Below, one piece after another: positions 27,208-37,500 of a DNA stretch of 64,000 bases. Both the position numbers and the translations under genes were made by a program. Position 1 is the first letter of the stretch. Each line of letters starts with the position of its first letter. The stretch lies in contig CAWBOC010000005.1 of assembly GCA_963790305.1 (NCBI GenBank), positions 256,001 through 320,000 on the forward strand. The letters run 5' to 3'. Origin of the DNA: an uncultured Gemmatimonadaceae bacterium (GTDB taxonomy: Bacteria; Gemmatimonadota; Gemmatimonadetes; Gemmatimonadales; Gemmatimonadaceae). A model generated the notes under the pieces. That model searched no databases, was not told the origin of the DNA, and saw only the letters and a list, made by a program, of their open reading frames with translations.

Positions 27208-29607
27208 TTACGGCCAAGGCAGCGGGATAACCCTGAACCGGGACCGTGCCTCCGGATTATCCTCTCCGGCGAAAAAGCGGTTGATGTCACGGACCGCCGC
27301 GGCCCGATGAGCCCGGTCGGCAGGCGAGCCGGTACTCATCGTCGAAAGCCGGTTCTTCAGGAGATCGAGGTGCATCGCCGACACCGACCGCACCTCGGCC
27401 AACGCCTGCCGGTCGCCGGCACGATCGAGCAGCGTGTTGAGCACCACCTGTTGCACCGCGCGTCGGAGCGCCTGGTGACCACCGTTGCTCGACGGAGTCG
27501 CACCCCACGTGCGGGTCACGATCGTTCGAATCACTTCGTCGAGGGACGGATTCGCCGCATCTCTCGCGTTGAACAACACGAGTCGTGCAGCCCGCTCGCG
27601 CTCGAGGATCCCTTCGACCACTTCCGTTGCCAGCCCACCGGCAAGGGAGACCTGGTCGAACGACGTCCCGCCGGCCGAGCCGATCCACTCGATCGACGCG
27701 TCGCCGCCCGCGGGCACCGGTGGAATGAGCGCCATCACACGCGCGGGTACAGCAAGCTTCGCCGGCTCGAGCTCATCCAGCGCCATCGCGAGTGCGCGCC
27801 GCTGCTGCGCGGGAGGCGTTACGCTCGTCGGCGTCTGACTGTCACCGCGTACCGCGTAGGTGAAGTCCATGCCGCCGATGTATTTGACCAGCCCCTCCAG
27901 CGAATACCGATGATGCAAATAGACGTGCGCGAATCGCATGTTGAGCAGGTACATTGGCTCGCCCGGCTTGATGGCGCGCTCGTCGAACTTCTCGATGAGA
28001 ACGCGGCGAACCGCTGCGGTCCGCTCGACCGCGTCGAACGCACTGGCGCCCTCCACCCACCGCGTTGCCTCGGGGATCGATCCCTCGGCGCCGGCATGCT
28101 GGTCGGCAACGAACCGCAATCCACGCCCGAGTCCCTCCGTCACGATGCGCTGGAGTCCGGCTTTCTCAGCATCCGCGTTCGGATACCACGTGTAGCCGTA
28201 ACGGATGGCGAGCGAATCCCATCCGCCGGCGAAAGGTGCGTAGGCGCGAGAGAGATCGGGCTGACCGTTGGCGCCCAGCGTGATGATCGGCACCGGATAG
28301 TCCATCACGGACGCGCGCCCCTGCGATGACGAAATGAAGTTGTGCGAGAGGCCCAGGGTGTGGCCGATCTCGTGAGCGACATGCTGTCGCCGGCGGGCCA
28401 TCGCGAACTCTTCCGCCGGCATGTTCAGCCCGTTAGGTCCAGCCGCGGGGAGAAGCCCAGCGTAGATGTTGTAATCGATCAACGATCGCCACGAATCCAT
28501 GCGGACGACCGTCCGCACGATCTCGCCGGTTCGCGGGTCGGCGAACGATGGACCGACGGAGGGTCCGGGCCCGCTGCGGTGCACCCAGTAAATGAGGTTG
28601 TACCGCGCATCCATTGGGTCGGCGCCAGCCGGCAGGTCGCGAACCTGAAAGGCGTTTCGCCAACCCGCCGCCTGGAGCACGGTGTTCCACCAGTTGCCGC
28701 CGTCGCGAAAGGCCGTGCGATACGGTTCGGGGATGGCGGGATCGAGGTAGTAGATGATGGGCGCCACCGGCTCGGTGGGTTCCCCACGTGCGTACGCAGC
28801 GGGATCCTTGGGAACGAGCCGCCACCGGTTGATGAATCCCGCGCGGTAGGTGCCCTCGAAGCTCTGCCCGAAGTCGTTGAATTGCGTGGCGAAGAATCCC
28901 GATCGTGGATCGGCCGCGCGCGGCGTGAATCCCTGAGGCGCGGGGAGCTCCACCAGCGAGTGATGGATCTCCATTGTCGCCGACGATGGATCGGGAACGT
29001 GCCGGCGCACGGCGGGTCCGGGGTTCTCGATTGCGAAGGTGAGCACCGCGTGGATTTCCGTATTCGTCGGGAACGCCTTCGTGCGCGAGGCGTCGATCCA
29101 GCTACGACTCGCGTCGACGCGCGCGCTCCCCTGCTGCGCGCGTCGCAGGCTCTCTGCGATTCCGTACGTGTCGGTGAGAAAGAGCCCCGTGGCGTCGACG
29201 AGCAGGGTGCCGTTGGTCTCCGACTCGATTGGAAACGAAGCGATCACCGACGTTGGATACGCCTCAGCTGCCGCGCGCTGGCCCGCGGCATCGGCGCCCT
29301 GCGCACGAACGCTCCAGTTGTCGCGCACGAGAAGAACGCGTTTCCCCTGCCGCTCGAGGCGCACGAGAGCACTGCCGCCGGTTTGGCCGCGGTCCAGCCC
29401 CAGCGCGTTCGCTCCGAATCCGGTCGCGAGGACGCTCTGGTGCAGCATGTCTCGATTCAGCCGGGTAGGCGCGATCTCGAGCAGAACCTTGTTTCGATCG
29501 GCATCGACGCGCACTCCGATGAATTGCGCGAGGCCAACGGTTGGAGCACCGAGTGAGATCGTCAGAGCGGCGACTGCTCTGAGCAAGAAGCGATCGTTCC
29601 TTCGCAT
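27208..29607 (-). CDS. Zinc-dependent metalloprotease (metzincin; DUF5117/DUF4953 EcxA-like)
   Basis: HEIGHTLGLSHN, Met-turn SVMDY, DPRTGEI; signal peptide. Confidence 0.88.
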   Translation of the reverse strand: MRRNDRFLLRAVAALTISLGAPTVGLAQFIGVRVDADRNKVLLEIAPTRLNRDMLHQSVLATGFGANALGLDRGQTGGSALVRLERQGKRVLLVRDNWSVRAQGADAAGQRAAAEAYPTSVIASFPIESETNGTLLVDATGLFLTDTYGIAESLRRAQQGSARVDASRSWIDASRTKAFPTNTEIHAVLTFAIENPGPAVRRHVPDPSSATMEIHHSLVELPAPQGFTPRAADPRSGFFATQFNDFGQSFEGTYRAGFINRWRLVPKDPAAYARGEPTEPVAPIIYYLDPAIPEPYRTAFRDGGNWWNTVLQAAGWRNAFQVRDLPAGADPMDARYNLIYWVHRSGPGPSVGPSFADPRTGEIVRTVVRMDSWRSLIDYNIYAGLLPAAGPNGLNMPAEEFAMARRRQHVAHEIGHTLGLSHNFISSSQGRASVMDYPVPIITLGANGQPDLSRAYAPFAGGWDSLAIRYGYTWYPNADAEKAGLQRIVTEGLGRGLRFVADQHAGAEGSIPEATRWVEGASAFDAVERTAAVRRVLIEKFDERAIKPGEPMYLLNMRFAHVYLHHRYSLEGLVKYIGGMDFTYAVRGDSQTPTSVTPPAQQRRALAMALDELEPAKLAVPARVMALIPPVPAGGDASIEWIGSAGGTSFDQVSLAGGLATEVVEGILERERAARLVLFNARDAANPSLDEVIRTIVTRTWGATPSSNGGHQALRRAVQQVVLNTLLDRAGDRQALAEVRSVSAMHLDLLKNRLSTMSTGSPADRAHRAAAVRDINRFFAGEDNPEARSRFRVIPLPWP

Positions 29608-29632
29608 CAACCTGCCTCCAAAGACTTGCGAT

Positions 29633-30430
29633 TCATCGCGGAATGACGAGTTGAATCTCATTCCCCTGCTGACCGATGCGATACGTCCCAATGGGCTGAT
29701 CCGCGGGGCCAGCTTTGACGACGCCCGTTCTTACATCGAACTGCGATCCGTGCCATGGGCATTGCACCGTACCGCAGATCATCGTTCCGCCCGCCAGGGA
29801 GCCGCCACGATGCGGACAGTGGTCGTCGAATGCAACGTATCCCTGCTCGGTGCGAGCGAGGACGATACGCCGATCACCGACGTGGAGCAGCTTCATCTGA
29901 TCGACCTTGAGCTCGTCGGCTTTCGCTACGACCAGGGCCGCACCTGCGGTGGCATCGATCCTCTCTTCCTTCCATTTTCCTGCGCTCGCGTACCGATGGT
30001 CGACGCCTATCTGGTTGCGGTTCACCAGCACACCCCCCATCCATCCACCGGCGATGAGCAAGCCAAGCGCGGCGAGCTCGAGTCCCAGCACCCAGATGTC
30101 GGGCCTGCCCACCATTTCGCGTCGCATGATCCACGCGACCGCAACCAGCGCCACGGCGAGCAGATTCACGAGCATGTGTCGTGTCGCGCGACGCTTACCG
30201 GAGCTGCGCGGGGGGACGGTGAACAGATAATCGATGAACCCGGGGACAGCGGCCACGAGCGCCGTCACGATGCCGGCCGCCGCGAGATGACTTCCGGTCG
30301 TCCACCAGCTTGCGCGATCGGCGAACCACCCAGCCGTATCGAAGAGAAAGGCGCCGGTGAGGAAGGCGAACGGAAAGGGGATCAGGGCCGGGTGAATCGG
30401 GTGTCCGCGAAAGCTGGCCTTGCTTCGCAT
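29633..30430 (-). CDS. DUF2231 membrane domain fused to Rieske [2Fe-2S] ferredoxin
   Basis: GHPIHPALIPFP and H..VN TM region; CPHRGG...CPWHGSQF. Confidence 0.88.
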   Translation of the reverse strand: MRSKASFRGHPIHPALIPFPFAFLTGAFLFDTAGWFADRASWWTTGSHLAAAGIVTALVAAVPGFIDYLFTVPPRSSGKRRATRHMLVNLLAVALVAVAWIMRREMVGRPDIWVLGLELAALGLLIAGGWMGGVLVNRNQIGVDHRYASAGKWKEERIDATAGAALVVAKADELKVDQMKLLHVGDRRIVLARTEQGYVAFDDHCPHRGGSLAGGTMICGTVQCPWHGSQFDVRTGVVKAGPADQPIGTYRIGQQGNEIQLVIPR

Positions 30431-30452
30431 GAATGCGCCTCCGAAGATTGCG

Positions 30453-31040
30453 ATGACTTCACGCGCGAGACTTCCGTTGGGTAATCCGAGATCGCTGCTG
30501 CCTCACGAGGTCGAGATCTTCGTCACACGCGAGCTTCGGAAAGCGGGGCTCGCGCCGTCCGCGATGAAGGTGCGCGACCGGATCCTGGCCGCAGGAAAAA
30601 CCGACGACTACACAGTCGAGCTTGGATGCTCGCTGCACATCGGTGACAGCGACCGCTACGTATTGATAGAATGCCACAACCGGCCTGTTCCCGTGAGCAC
30701 CACCGCGATCGAAGCCCTTCACGCGAAAGTGCAGCAAGCCAAGGCTCACTACGCCATGATGTTTTCCACGAGTGGGTTCGAGCGCGAAGCCGTGCGTGCG
30801 GCTTCGGGGCTGGGGATGCCCGTTTTCACGGTCGCTGACGGGAAAACCGCATTCGCGCGAAGCCCCTGGGGGATGGCCGGCGATCCTCCCGCATGGGTAC
30901 CCGAATACATGGCAGAGCTCGTCGGATTGGACGCGACCGGTCAGGCGCGCACCGAGCTGCTCGTGTCCGGTGGGTCGAAGCGGGTACTCGACGCTTTTGC
31001 TAGGGGTCCGGAGTCAGGAGTGAGGGGTCAGGGTCGGTAA
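30453..31040 (+). CDS. Mrr-like restriction endonuclease fold protein, degenerate catalytic motif
   Basis: LIECHN..PV...IEALHAK...A..AMMFSTSGFEREA matches the Mrr_cat pattern; start uncertain. Confidence 0.65.
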   Translation: MTSRARLPLGNPRSLLPHEVEIFVTRELRKAGLAPSAMKVRDRILAAGKTDDYTVELGCSLHIGDSDRYVLIECHNRPVPVSTTAIEALHAKVQQAKAHYAMMFSTSGFEREAVRAASGLGMPVFTVADGKTAFARSPWGMAGDPPAWVPEYMAELVGLDATGQARTELLVSGGSKRVLDAFARGPESGVRGQGR

Positions 31041-31146
31041 GGGGCCGCCGCGCTTCGCGCGAGCGGCCCTCATCAGATGAGCGCGGCAGCAACGCTGCCG
31101 CGCCTTACCGACCCTGACTCCTGACTCCTGACTCCGGACCCCTAGC
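30999..31146. repeat. Composite palindromic element, copy 2 (opposite orientation to copy 1)
   Basis: GCTAGGGGTCCGGAGTCAGGAGT... arms; inner GGGGCCGC..GCGCTTCGCGC..GCGGCCC-TCATCAGATGA-GCGCGGCAGC-aac-GCTGCCGCGC. Confidence 0.88.
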
Positions 31147-31389
31147 CGGCGCAGCCGCCGGCGGCCTGAAGATCTCCGGACGCCGCTGCTGCGCCGAGGA
31201 CAGTGAAAGATCGGGGGCAGGATCGTAGATGAGCCGATTCACTCTCCCCGTGTCCCGCATCTGCGCCAGCACCGCCGAGTCGGCAAGCATTGCACTGCCG
31301 GGCCCTTCGCGCATTCCAGCCTCGTCATCGCCACAGGCTATCATCGCGAGTGCCACAAGCGCAGAGGCAGCTGTCCGTAAGAGCTTCAT
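31105..31389 (-). CDS. Small hypothetical lipoprotein
   Basis: MKLLRTAASALVALAMIAC-GDD; ATGA overlap with upstream gene. Confidence 0.65.
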   Translation of the reverse strand: MKLLRTAASALVALAMIACGDDEAGMREGPGSAMLADSAVLAQMRDTGRVNRLIYDPAPDLSLSSAQQRRPEIFRPPAAAPARGPESGVRSQGR

Positions 31390-31742
31390 CGCACCGCTCC
31401 ATTCCCAGAAGAAGAGTCCCGGTCCTCCGAGGGCGCGCCCTGGGCGAGCCATTGGCGAAAATCGCCGCTCGCGCAGGTCAGCTGCCATTCCTCCCAGATT
31501 GTGATCGCGATCGCCCGCAACGGTCCATCGGATGGACCTTCCGCAAGACAGCGCTCGAGCAGCCACCCTTCGAAATCATCGGCGCTCGGATCCGCGCTCA
31601 CGATCTCCTCGAGCAGGGTGCGCTTGAGCTGGAGTCCGATGGAGTCGGCGGTCGTGTCGCGCATACGGCGCTTGCGCCGGCCTTCCGACACGTCGATGGT
31701 CTCGAGGAGCTCTCGGCAGACGTCCGCTGGCCGCGTCGTCAT
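31386..31742 (-). CDS. Hypothetical protein at the end of the fdh operon
   Basis: C.ELL...SEGRRKRRMRDTTADSIGL.LKR..L...DP..DDFEGWLL; translationally coupled to fdhE. Confidence 0.7.
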   Translation of the reverse strand: MTTRPADVCRELLETIDVSEGRRKRRMRDTTADSIGLQLKRTLLEEIVSADPSADDFEGWLLERCLAEGPSDGPLRAIAITIWEEWQLTCASGDFRQWLAQGAPSEDRDSSSGNGAVR

Positions 31743-32668
31743 CACGGTACGTTCCCGGCTTCGATCTCGCGCGGGGGCCGCCCAGCGCGTGTGACCGTGA
31801 GCGTGAGGCGATGCGCGAACTGCGATGGCCGGGAATAGGTCCGCTCCTGCGCGATCAGGTCGAGGTCGACGCTGGCGAGGTCGGTCATGGCGATCGTCCG
31901 CAGCGTCATCGGTCGCAGCGTCGTGAAGGCCTTGAGGTATCCCTTGCAGGTATGACACGCCTCGACGCGTCGCGTCTGCGACTCGCCCTCGGGAATCAGC
32001 GTCCCGAGCCGATCGTGGTCTTTTTCCCCACAGTAGGCGCACTGGAGTACGGGGAGCGGCCAGTCGGTGGCGCAGCGGCCACAGCGCAAGCGGCGGCTTC
32101 GCTCCAGACCGCGCAGCTCGGCGAGCGCAGGCCATGCCGCGCAGACAGGGCAGTACCCATGTGTCCACGCCAATGGCACGTTCTCGCGCCATCGCTCGGC
32201 GCACGCATGCAGCAGCGGCATCACGCCGAGCTGCGCGACGACCTCGAGCGCCTGCGGGTCGATGCCCGCGCGCCCGGCAATCCGTTCGACCGCGTCGTGA
32301 TCGCGGACGATCGCGGCGTGAAGCAGCCCCACCGCATCGAGTCGGCGGCCGCGCATCGCCGTGGACCATTTCGCACCATCGTCGCGCGCTTCATCAGCGG
32401 TGTGGATGAGCTCACGCACGAGCTTGCGCGCCCGACGACCATCGACGCGCACCGATGCCCCTTCGAGGAGCGGCGCATAGGGAGGCCACGCGGCCTCAGT
32501 GCGTAACGGGATGTCGGGAACGTCCGAAGCCCAGGCGGAGCTCTCTGCCGCCTGGAGCGCTACATCGAGCAACTTGACCCACGGCCGCCAGGCCTGGTCT
32601 AGGTTCCCCTGCGCTTCGTATCCGGGAAGTCGCCCGGCAGTCCCGATACCGCTGGTGGTCCGCTGCAT
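31742..32668 (-). CDS. fdhE: Formate dehydrogenase accessory protein FdhE
   Basis: Four CxxC pairs (CPVC, CGRC, CAYC, CHTC..YLK); in fdh operon. Confidence 0.88.
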   Translation of the reverse strand: MQRTTSGIGTAGRLPGYEAQGNLDQAWRPWVKLLDVALQAAESSAWASDVPDIPLRTEAAWPPYAPLLEGASVRVDGRRARKLVRELIHTADEARDDGAKWSTAMRGRRLDAVGLLHAAIVRDHDAVERIAGRAGIDPQALEVVAQLGVMPLLHACAERWRENVPLAWTHGYCPVCAAWPALAELRGLERSRRLRCGRCATDWPLPVLQCAYCGEKDHDRLGTLIPEGESQTRRVEACHTCKGYLKAFTTLRPMTLRTIAMTDLASVDLDLIAQERTYSRPSQFAHRLTLTVTRAGRPPREIEAGNVP

Positions 32669-32871
32669 TCGTCGTCAGGCATGAGGCATGGGGTATCGTA
32701 GTACATCTTCGATCCGGCGTGCATGTGAACGACAGGGTTGCGATTCCCCACGTCCGCGCCGCGTTCACCACCACCACGTACGCGATCTGCCTCCGGACTG
32801 CCGCACGACGTCAGCATCAGCACACTGGCGATCGCGATTGCCGCGGCAGTGCTCGACGATCGCGTGATCAC
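32599..32871 (-). CDS. Small lipoprotein within the fdh operon
   Basis: GTG start overlapping the nrfD stop; ...VLMLTSC-GSPEADRVRGGGERGADVGNR...YYDTPC. Confidence 0.6.
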   Translation of the reverse strand: MITRSSSTAAAIAIASVLMLTSCGSPEADRVRGGGERGADVGNRNPVVHMHAGSKMYYDTPCLMPDDECSGPPAVSGLPGDFPDTKRRGT

Positions 32872-33788
32872 GGCGATATGACCCGGTGCCCCGCGATGTG
32901 GACCTGCTCCGACGACAGGAGTGTGACGACGCGAAGCAGAAATCCGCCAACGAGCACCAGGACCGCGGCGGTTGCCGGTCGCGTCGACCAGCGCTTTACC
33001 CATCCCATGCCCATCGCGAGTGGGAGTACGATGCCGGCGCCGATCACGCCCAGGACCAGGAGCACGCCCCACACGCTCACGAACACCTGCGCCGCCGCGC
33101 CCAGCGTGACGAGGAACACGACGATCGCGATGAGCTCGAGAATCAACGCCCACTTGTCGAATTCGGCGAGCTTGCCGAGCGTGATGGCATCGACGGCATC
33201 GCGACGCCGGGCGAGAAGGATGAGTGTTGCCGCTGCCGTCGAAGCGGCGGAAATGAGAAACAGCGCGCCCAACATCGGTGAGTCCGCCCACACCGGCCGG
33301 TTGGTTACACTCAGCAGCACGCCCGTGTAGCCCGCCAGGAAGAATCCGAGAAGGCCGCCGATGATCGCGACGACCACGCGAAATCCGCGGGTGACGACGA
33401 AGCCAGGGCCCCATCGCACACGCTCCTCTTCGCGTGCTGCGCTTAAGGCCGCCAGCGTCGCGAACAACCCGAAGAGCAACAGGCCCCACGAGCCGACGGA
33501 CATCGGCGTCCACGCCTTGAACATCAGATTTCCCGTGTTCGACTCGATGAGCATGTGCCAGAAGCGTAGCGGCCGATGCAGATCGAGGATCAGCAGGATT
33601 CCGCTGATGGCGACACCGATGAACGCGACGTAATAGCCGAGCCTGACGAGTGGCCGGTCGTTGCCGCGTCCGAAGAGATAGAGAAGGGACGCGATGAAGA
33701 AGCTCCCACCCGCGATGCCGCCGATGAAGAAGTAGAAGACGATCCACCACGTCCATTCGGGCGGCGTCGTGTAGAACGTGTCAGGCAC
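32868..33788 (-). CDS. NrfD/PsrC family membrane anchor
   Basis: YFFIGGIAGG, DLHRPLRFWHM, PMSVGSW, YTGVLL...RPVW; about 8 TM segments. Confidence 0.88.
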   Translation of the reverse strand: MPDTFYTTPPEWTWWIVFYFFIGGIAGGSFFIASLLYLFGRGNDRPLVRLGYYVAFIGVAISGILLILDLHRPLRFWHMLIESNTGNLMFKAWTPMSVGSWGLLLFGLFATLAALSAAREEERVRWGPGFVVTRGFRVVVAIIGGLLGFFLAGYTGVLLSVTNRPVWADSPMLGALFLISAASTAAATLILLARRRDAVDAITLGKLAEFDKWALILELIAIVVFLVTLGAAAQVFVSVWGVLLVLGVIGAGIVLPLAMGMGWVKRWSTRPATAAVLVLVGGFLLRVVTLLSSEQVHIAGHRVISP

Positions 33789-34596
33789 GCGGCGGTCCTC
33801 CACGCTCCGACTCGGCCACTTCCTCGGAGCGACGCTTGCGCAGCGTCACCAGGCCGACGGCCCCCAGGACGGCTGCGCCGATTGCGGAGCCCGTCGCGCT
33901 GGAGGCGAGATTTCGACTCGGGAGCTTTGGCGTCGGTGGCAGTCCGTAGACCTCGGGCTCATCGACGAGCAGGTAGAACGAATTGAGGCCCCCCAACGGA
34001 CCATCCGGATCGGCGCCGTACAGCTCCGCACGCGTTTCACCCTGCGCTCGAAGCTGATCCCGTCTCCTCTCCGCCCGCTGACGAAGCTCTTCAATGGGAC
34101 CGAACTGAATCGAGTCCGTGGGGCACGCTTTGGAGCAGGCCGGCTCGAGTCCGACACTCATCCGGTCGTAGCAGAGCGTGCATTTCTGCGCTGTGCCAGA
34201 CACCGGGTTCATGTCGATGACGCCGAACGGGCAGCCAGCGATGCAGGCACGGCACCCGTTGCACACGTCCGACTGAATGACGACGGTGTCGAACTCGGTA
34301 CGGATGATGGCGCCCGTCGGGCACACCTCGATGCACCCCGCCTGCACGCAGTGCTTGCAGACGTCGCTCATCATCAGCCAGCGGCCGTTGTACGGCCCAT
34401 CGAACTGCTCGATGAACTTGACGTGACGCCACGTCGTGCCGCTGAGCTGCACGGTGTTGTCGTAGCTGATACCGCTCAACTCGGGTTGGCCGCCTTCCCG
34501 CGCCGGGAGCTGGTTCCAGCTCTTGCACGCGACCTCGCAGGCCTTGCAGCCAATGCAGACGGTCGTGTCGGTGAAGAACCCCATCGCTTCGGCCAT
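33781..34596 (-). CDS. Formate dehydrogenase iron-sulfur (beta) subunit, FdnH-like
   Basis: Four 4Fe-4S motifs (CIGCKACEVAC, CKHC..C..CP, CNGCRAC..CP, CTLC..PAC..CP); C-terminal TM. Confidence 0.9.
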   Translation of the reverse strand: MAEAMGFFTDTTVCIGCKACEVACKSWNQLPAREGGQPELSGISYDNTVQLSGTTWRHVKFIEQFDGPYNGRWLMMSDVCKHCVQAGCIEVCPTGAIIRTEFDTVVIQSDVCNGCRACIAGCPFGVIDMNPVSGTAQKCTLCYDRMSVGLEPACSKACPTDSIQFGPIEELRQRAERRRDQLRAQGETRAELYGADPDGPLGGLNSFYLLVDEPEVYGLPPTPKLPSRNLASSATGSAIGAAVLGAVGLVTLRKRRSEEVAESERGGPPRA

Positions 34597-37500
34597 CAGT
34601 CCTTCTCCACGTTGCAGAGGAACGCCTTGCCTTCGTGGATCGACACGTTGGGGTCACCCACCCACGACGTCAGATCGTTCACGACGTCCCCGGTACTCAG
34701 CCCCTCCCAGCCCCAGTGCCACGGCATGCCGACGTGGTGCACGCGCTTGCCCGCGATGTTCATCACGCCGATGCGATCGGTGACGAGCGCCTTCGCGCGA
34801 ATCTCGGCGCGCGGCGTACGGATCTTCACCCAGTCGAGATTGCGAATGCCCTTCTCGTCGGCCAGGGCGCGGCCCATCTCAATGAACAACTCGGGTTGTA
34901 GCTCAGCGAGCCAGGGCAGCCAGCGGCTCATGGCCCCCGCGAGATAGTGCTCCGTCAAGCGGTACGTGGTGATGACGTGCGGGTACGCTGGATCGCCCAC
35001 CTTCGCCACCTGATTGTAGTTCTTGGCCTTCGCCCAGTGCTTGTAGACGGGACTCGTCTGCTGTTTGGGATAGATGAGATTCTGCACGGGCGATTCCACC
35101 GGCTCGTAATGCACCGGCAGCGGGCCATCGACGAGACCGGATGGAACGTACAGCCAGCCCTTGCCGTCGGGCTTCATGATGAACGCATCGAGTCCCGACA
35201 TCGCATCGAGACCAATGCCGTCCGGTCGGGGTTGAGCGTTAGGCGCCTTCGTCAGGGCGAAGTCGGGGACGTCATACCCCATCCACTTCCCAGCGGGCGT
35301 CGCTGCGCCGGTCTGGGCATTCGGCGCGTTCGGCGCCGAGCCGTCCCACCAGATCCAGCGCTTGCGCTCGCTCCACGGGCGCCCTTGTGGGTCCGCCGAT
35401 GCGCGGTTGTACATGACTCGGCGATTCGCCGGCCAGGCCCAGCCCCAGTTGAGGTGCGCGCCCGGCGCGCCCGGCGGATCCGGCGTCCGTCGTGCCGTGA
35501 GATTCCGATCGGGCGCTGGGTAGCAACCGCAATAGATCCACGACGCACAGGTCGTCGAGCCATCGTCCTTGAGCTCGCCGAACCCGGAAAGGTGCTTGGT
35601 CGGGTCAGCCGTCTGGAACCCGGCGATTTCTCGCAGGATCTTCGGCTCGTCAGGCTCGTCGGAGATCTCTCCCCCCGTGGCGCCCGGCACCCGATCGTAA
35701 TCCCAAACGGTGTTCTTCCATCCCTGGTCCCGCGCCGCCGAGCTGTTCGCGTACGCGCGTTTCAGGCGCTTGCCAAGGTGGAAGTAGAACCACGTGTCCG
35801 TCTTGCAGTCGCCTGGCGGATCGGCGGCCTTGAAGTGCCACTGCAGCATCCGCTGCGTGTTCGTGAAGCTGCCGTCGTATTCCGCGATCTGCGTGGACGG
35901 GAAGAAGAAGACCTCGGTGTTGATGTCCCCCACCTTCACGTCGCCGTTCTTGATCTCGGGCGCCGAATACCACTGCGTGGCTGTCTCGGTCATCCAGTTG
36001 TCCTTGACGACCATCCACTCGAGCTTCCGCATCGCCGCCCGCTGCGACGAGCCGTTGAGTGACGTCGCCGGATTCTGTCCGACGCAGATCATTCCCTTGA
36101 CCTTGCCTTCCTCCATCGCGGCCATCATCGCCATGTGCGAGTGATCGCCGATGATCTTGGGATGCCAGTCGTATCCCCAGTTGTTCTCCGGCGTTGCCGC
36201 CGCGCCGTAGAACGACTTCAGGTACGACACCATGAACTTCGGCAGGTTGGCGTAATACCCGCCCGACGGCGTCTCAGTGGTGATGAAGTCACGAAGCGTG
36301 TCGTGCTTCTTGAGCGCCGTGGGGTGGCTCATGTACCCGTGGATGCTGTGATACAGCGTCGGCACGTCGGTAGAGCCCTGAATCGCCGCGTGGCCACGGA
36401 GCGCCATGATGCCACCGCCGGGGCGGCCAATGTTGCCTAACAGCAGCTGGAGCAGCGCACAGCAGCTGATCATCTGCACGCCATTGGTGTGCTGCGTCCA
36501 CGCCACGGCGTACGCGAAGGCCGAGGTGCGGTCACGTCCGGAGTTCTGTAGCAGCGTCTCGGCGACCTGAAGGAACTTGGCCTGCGGGCACCCGGTGACC
36601 TGCTCGACGACCTCCGGCGTGTAGCGCGAGAAGTGGCGCTTGGTGATCTGGAACGAGCACCGCGGATTCTGAAGCGTAGGATCGCGCGGCGCCGGCGGCT
36701 TCTTGAGTGAGCGAACGACGTCGTCCCAATTCAGCGGCGCGGGCGGCTGCGGGCCTTGCGGTCCACCTGCCGCCTGGCCGGCGTTGGGACCCTGCGCCTG
36801 CTTCTGCTCTCCGGAGCGTGCCGTCGGCGCAACCTGCTCACCCTGTCCTTGCACCGACGCCGATTTGTATTGCCACGACGCCGGCTGATAGGAGCCGACG
36901 AACGCGTTGTACGGCCACTCCGGCTTCTCGGTGTATTGCACCAGTCCGGAGAACACGCCGTCGAGGTCTTCCGTATCCTTGAAGTCGTCGCTGACGATCG
37001 TCGCCGCGTTGGTGTAGTTGACCACGTACTCCCGGAAGAAGGGGTCCGTGTTCCACCGCTCGCTGTTGATGACGTAATTGATCAGCCCGCCAAGGAACGC
37101 GACGTCGGATCCGGCGCGGAGAGGCGCGTGAATGTCGCAGTTCGCGCTCGTACGCGTGAACCGCGGATCGACGTGAATCAGTTTGGCGCCGTTCATCTTG
37201 GCCTTCATCGGCCACCGGAACGCGACCGGATGGCACTCGGCCATGTTGGAGCCCATGATCACGAGACAATCAGTGTGCTCCAGGTTGCGCGGATACACCG
37301 TCGCCGCGCCTCGACCAAGCCGTGACCCCAGACCGGGGACGCTAGAGCTGTGTCATATTCGGGCCTGGTTCTCGATCGCGACGATGCCGAGGCCGCGACA
37401 GAACTTCTGGGCGACGTGATTGAACTCGTTGTCGAGTGTCGCGCCGCCGAGGGCGAAGATGGACGTCGTCATGTTGACGAGCTTGCCATCCGGCATCCGC

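Noticed and set aside
37353..37355. Nonsense mutation in fdh alpha
   Set aside because: The TGA sits at the Cys/Sec ligand position followed by His and a SECIS-like hairpin, so it is better read as selenocysteine.
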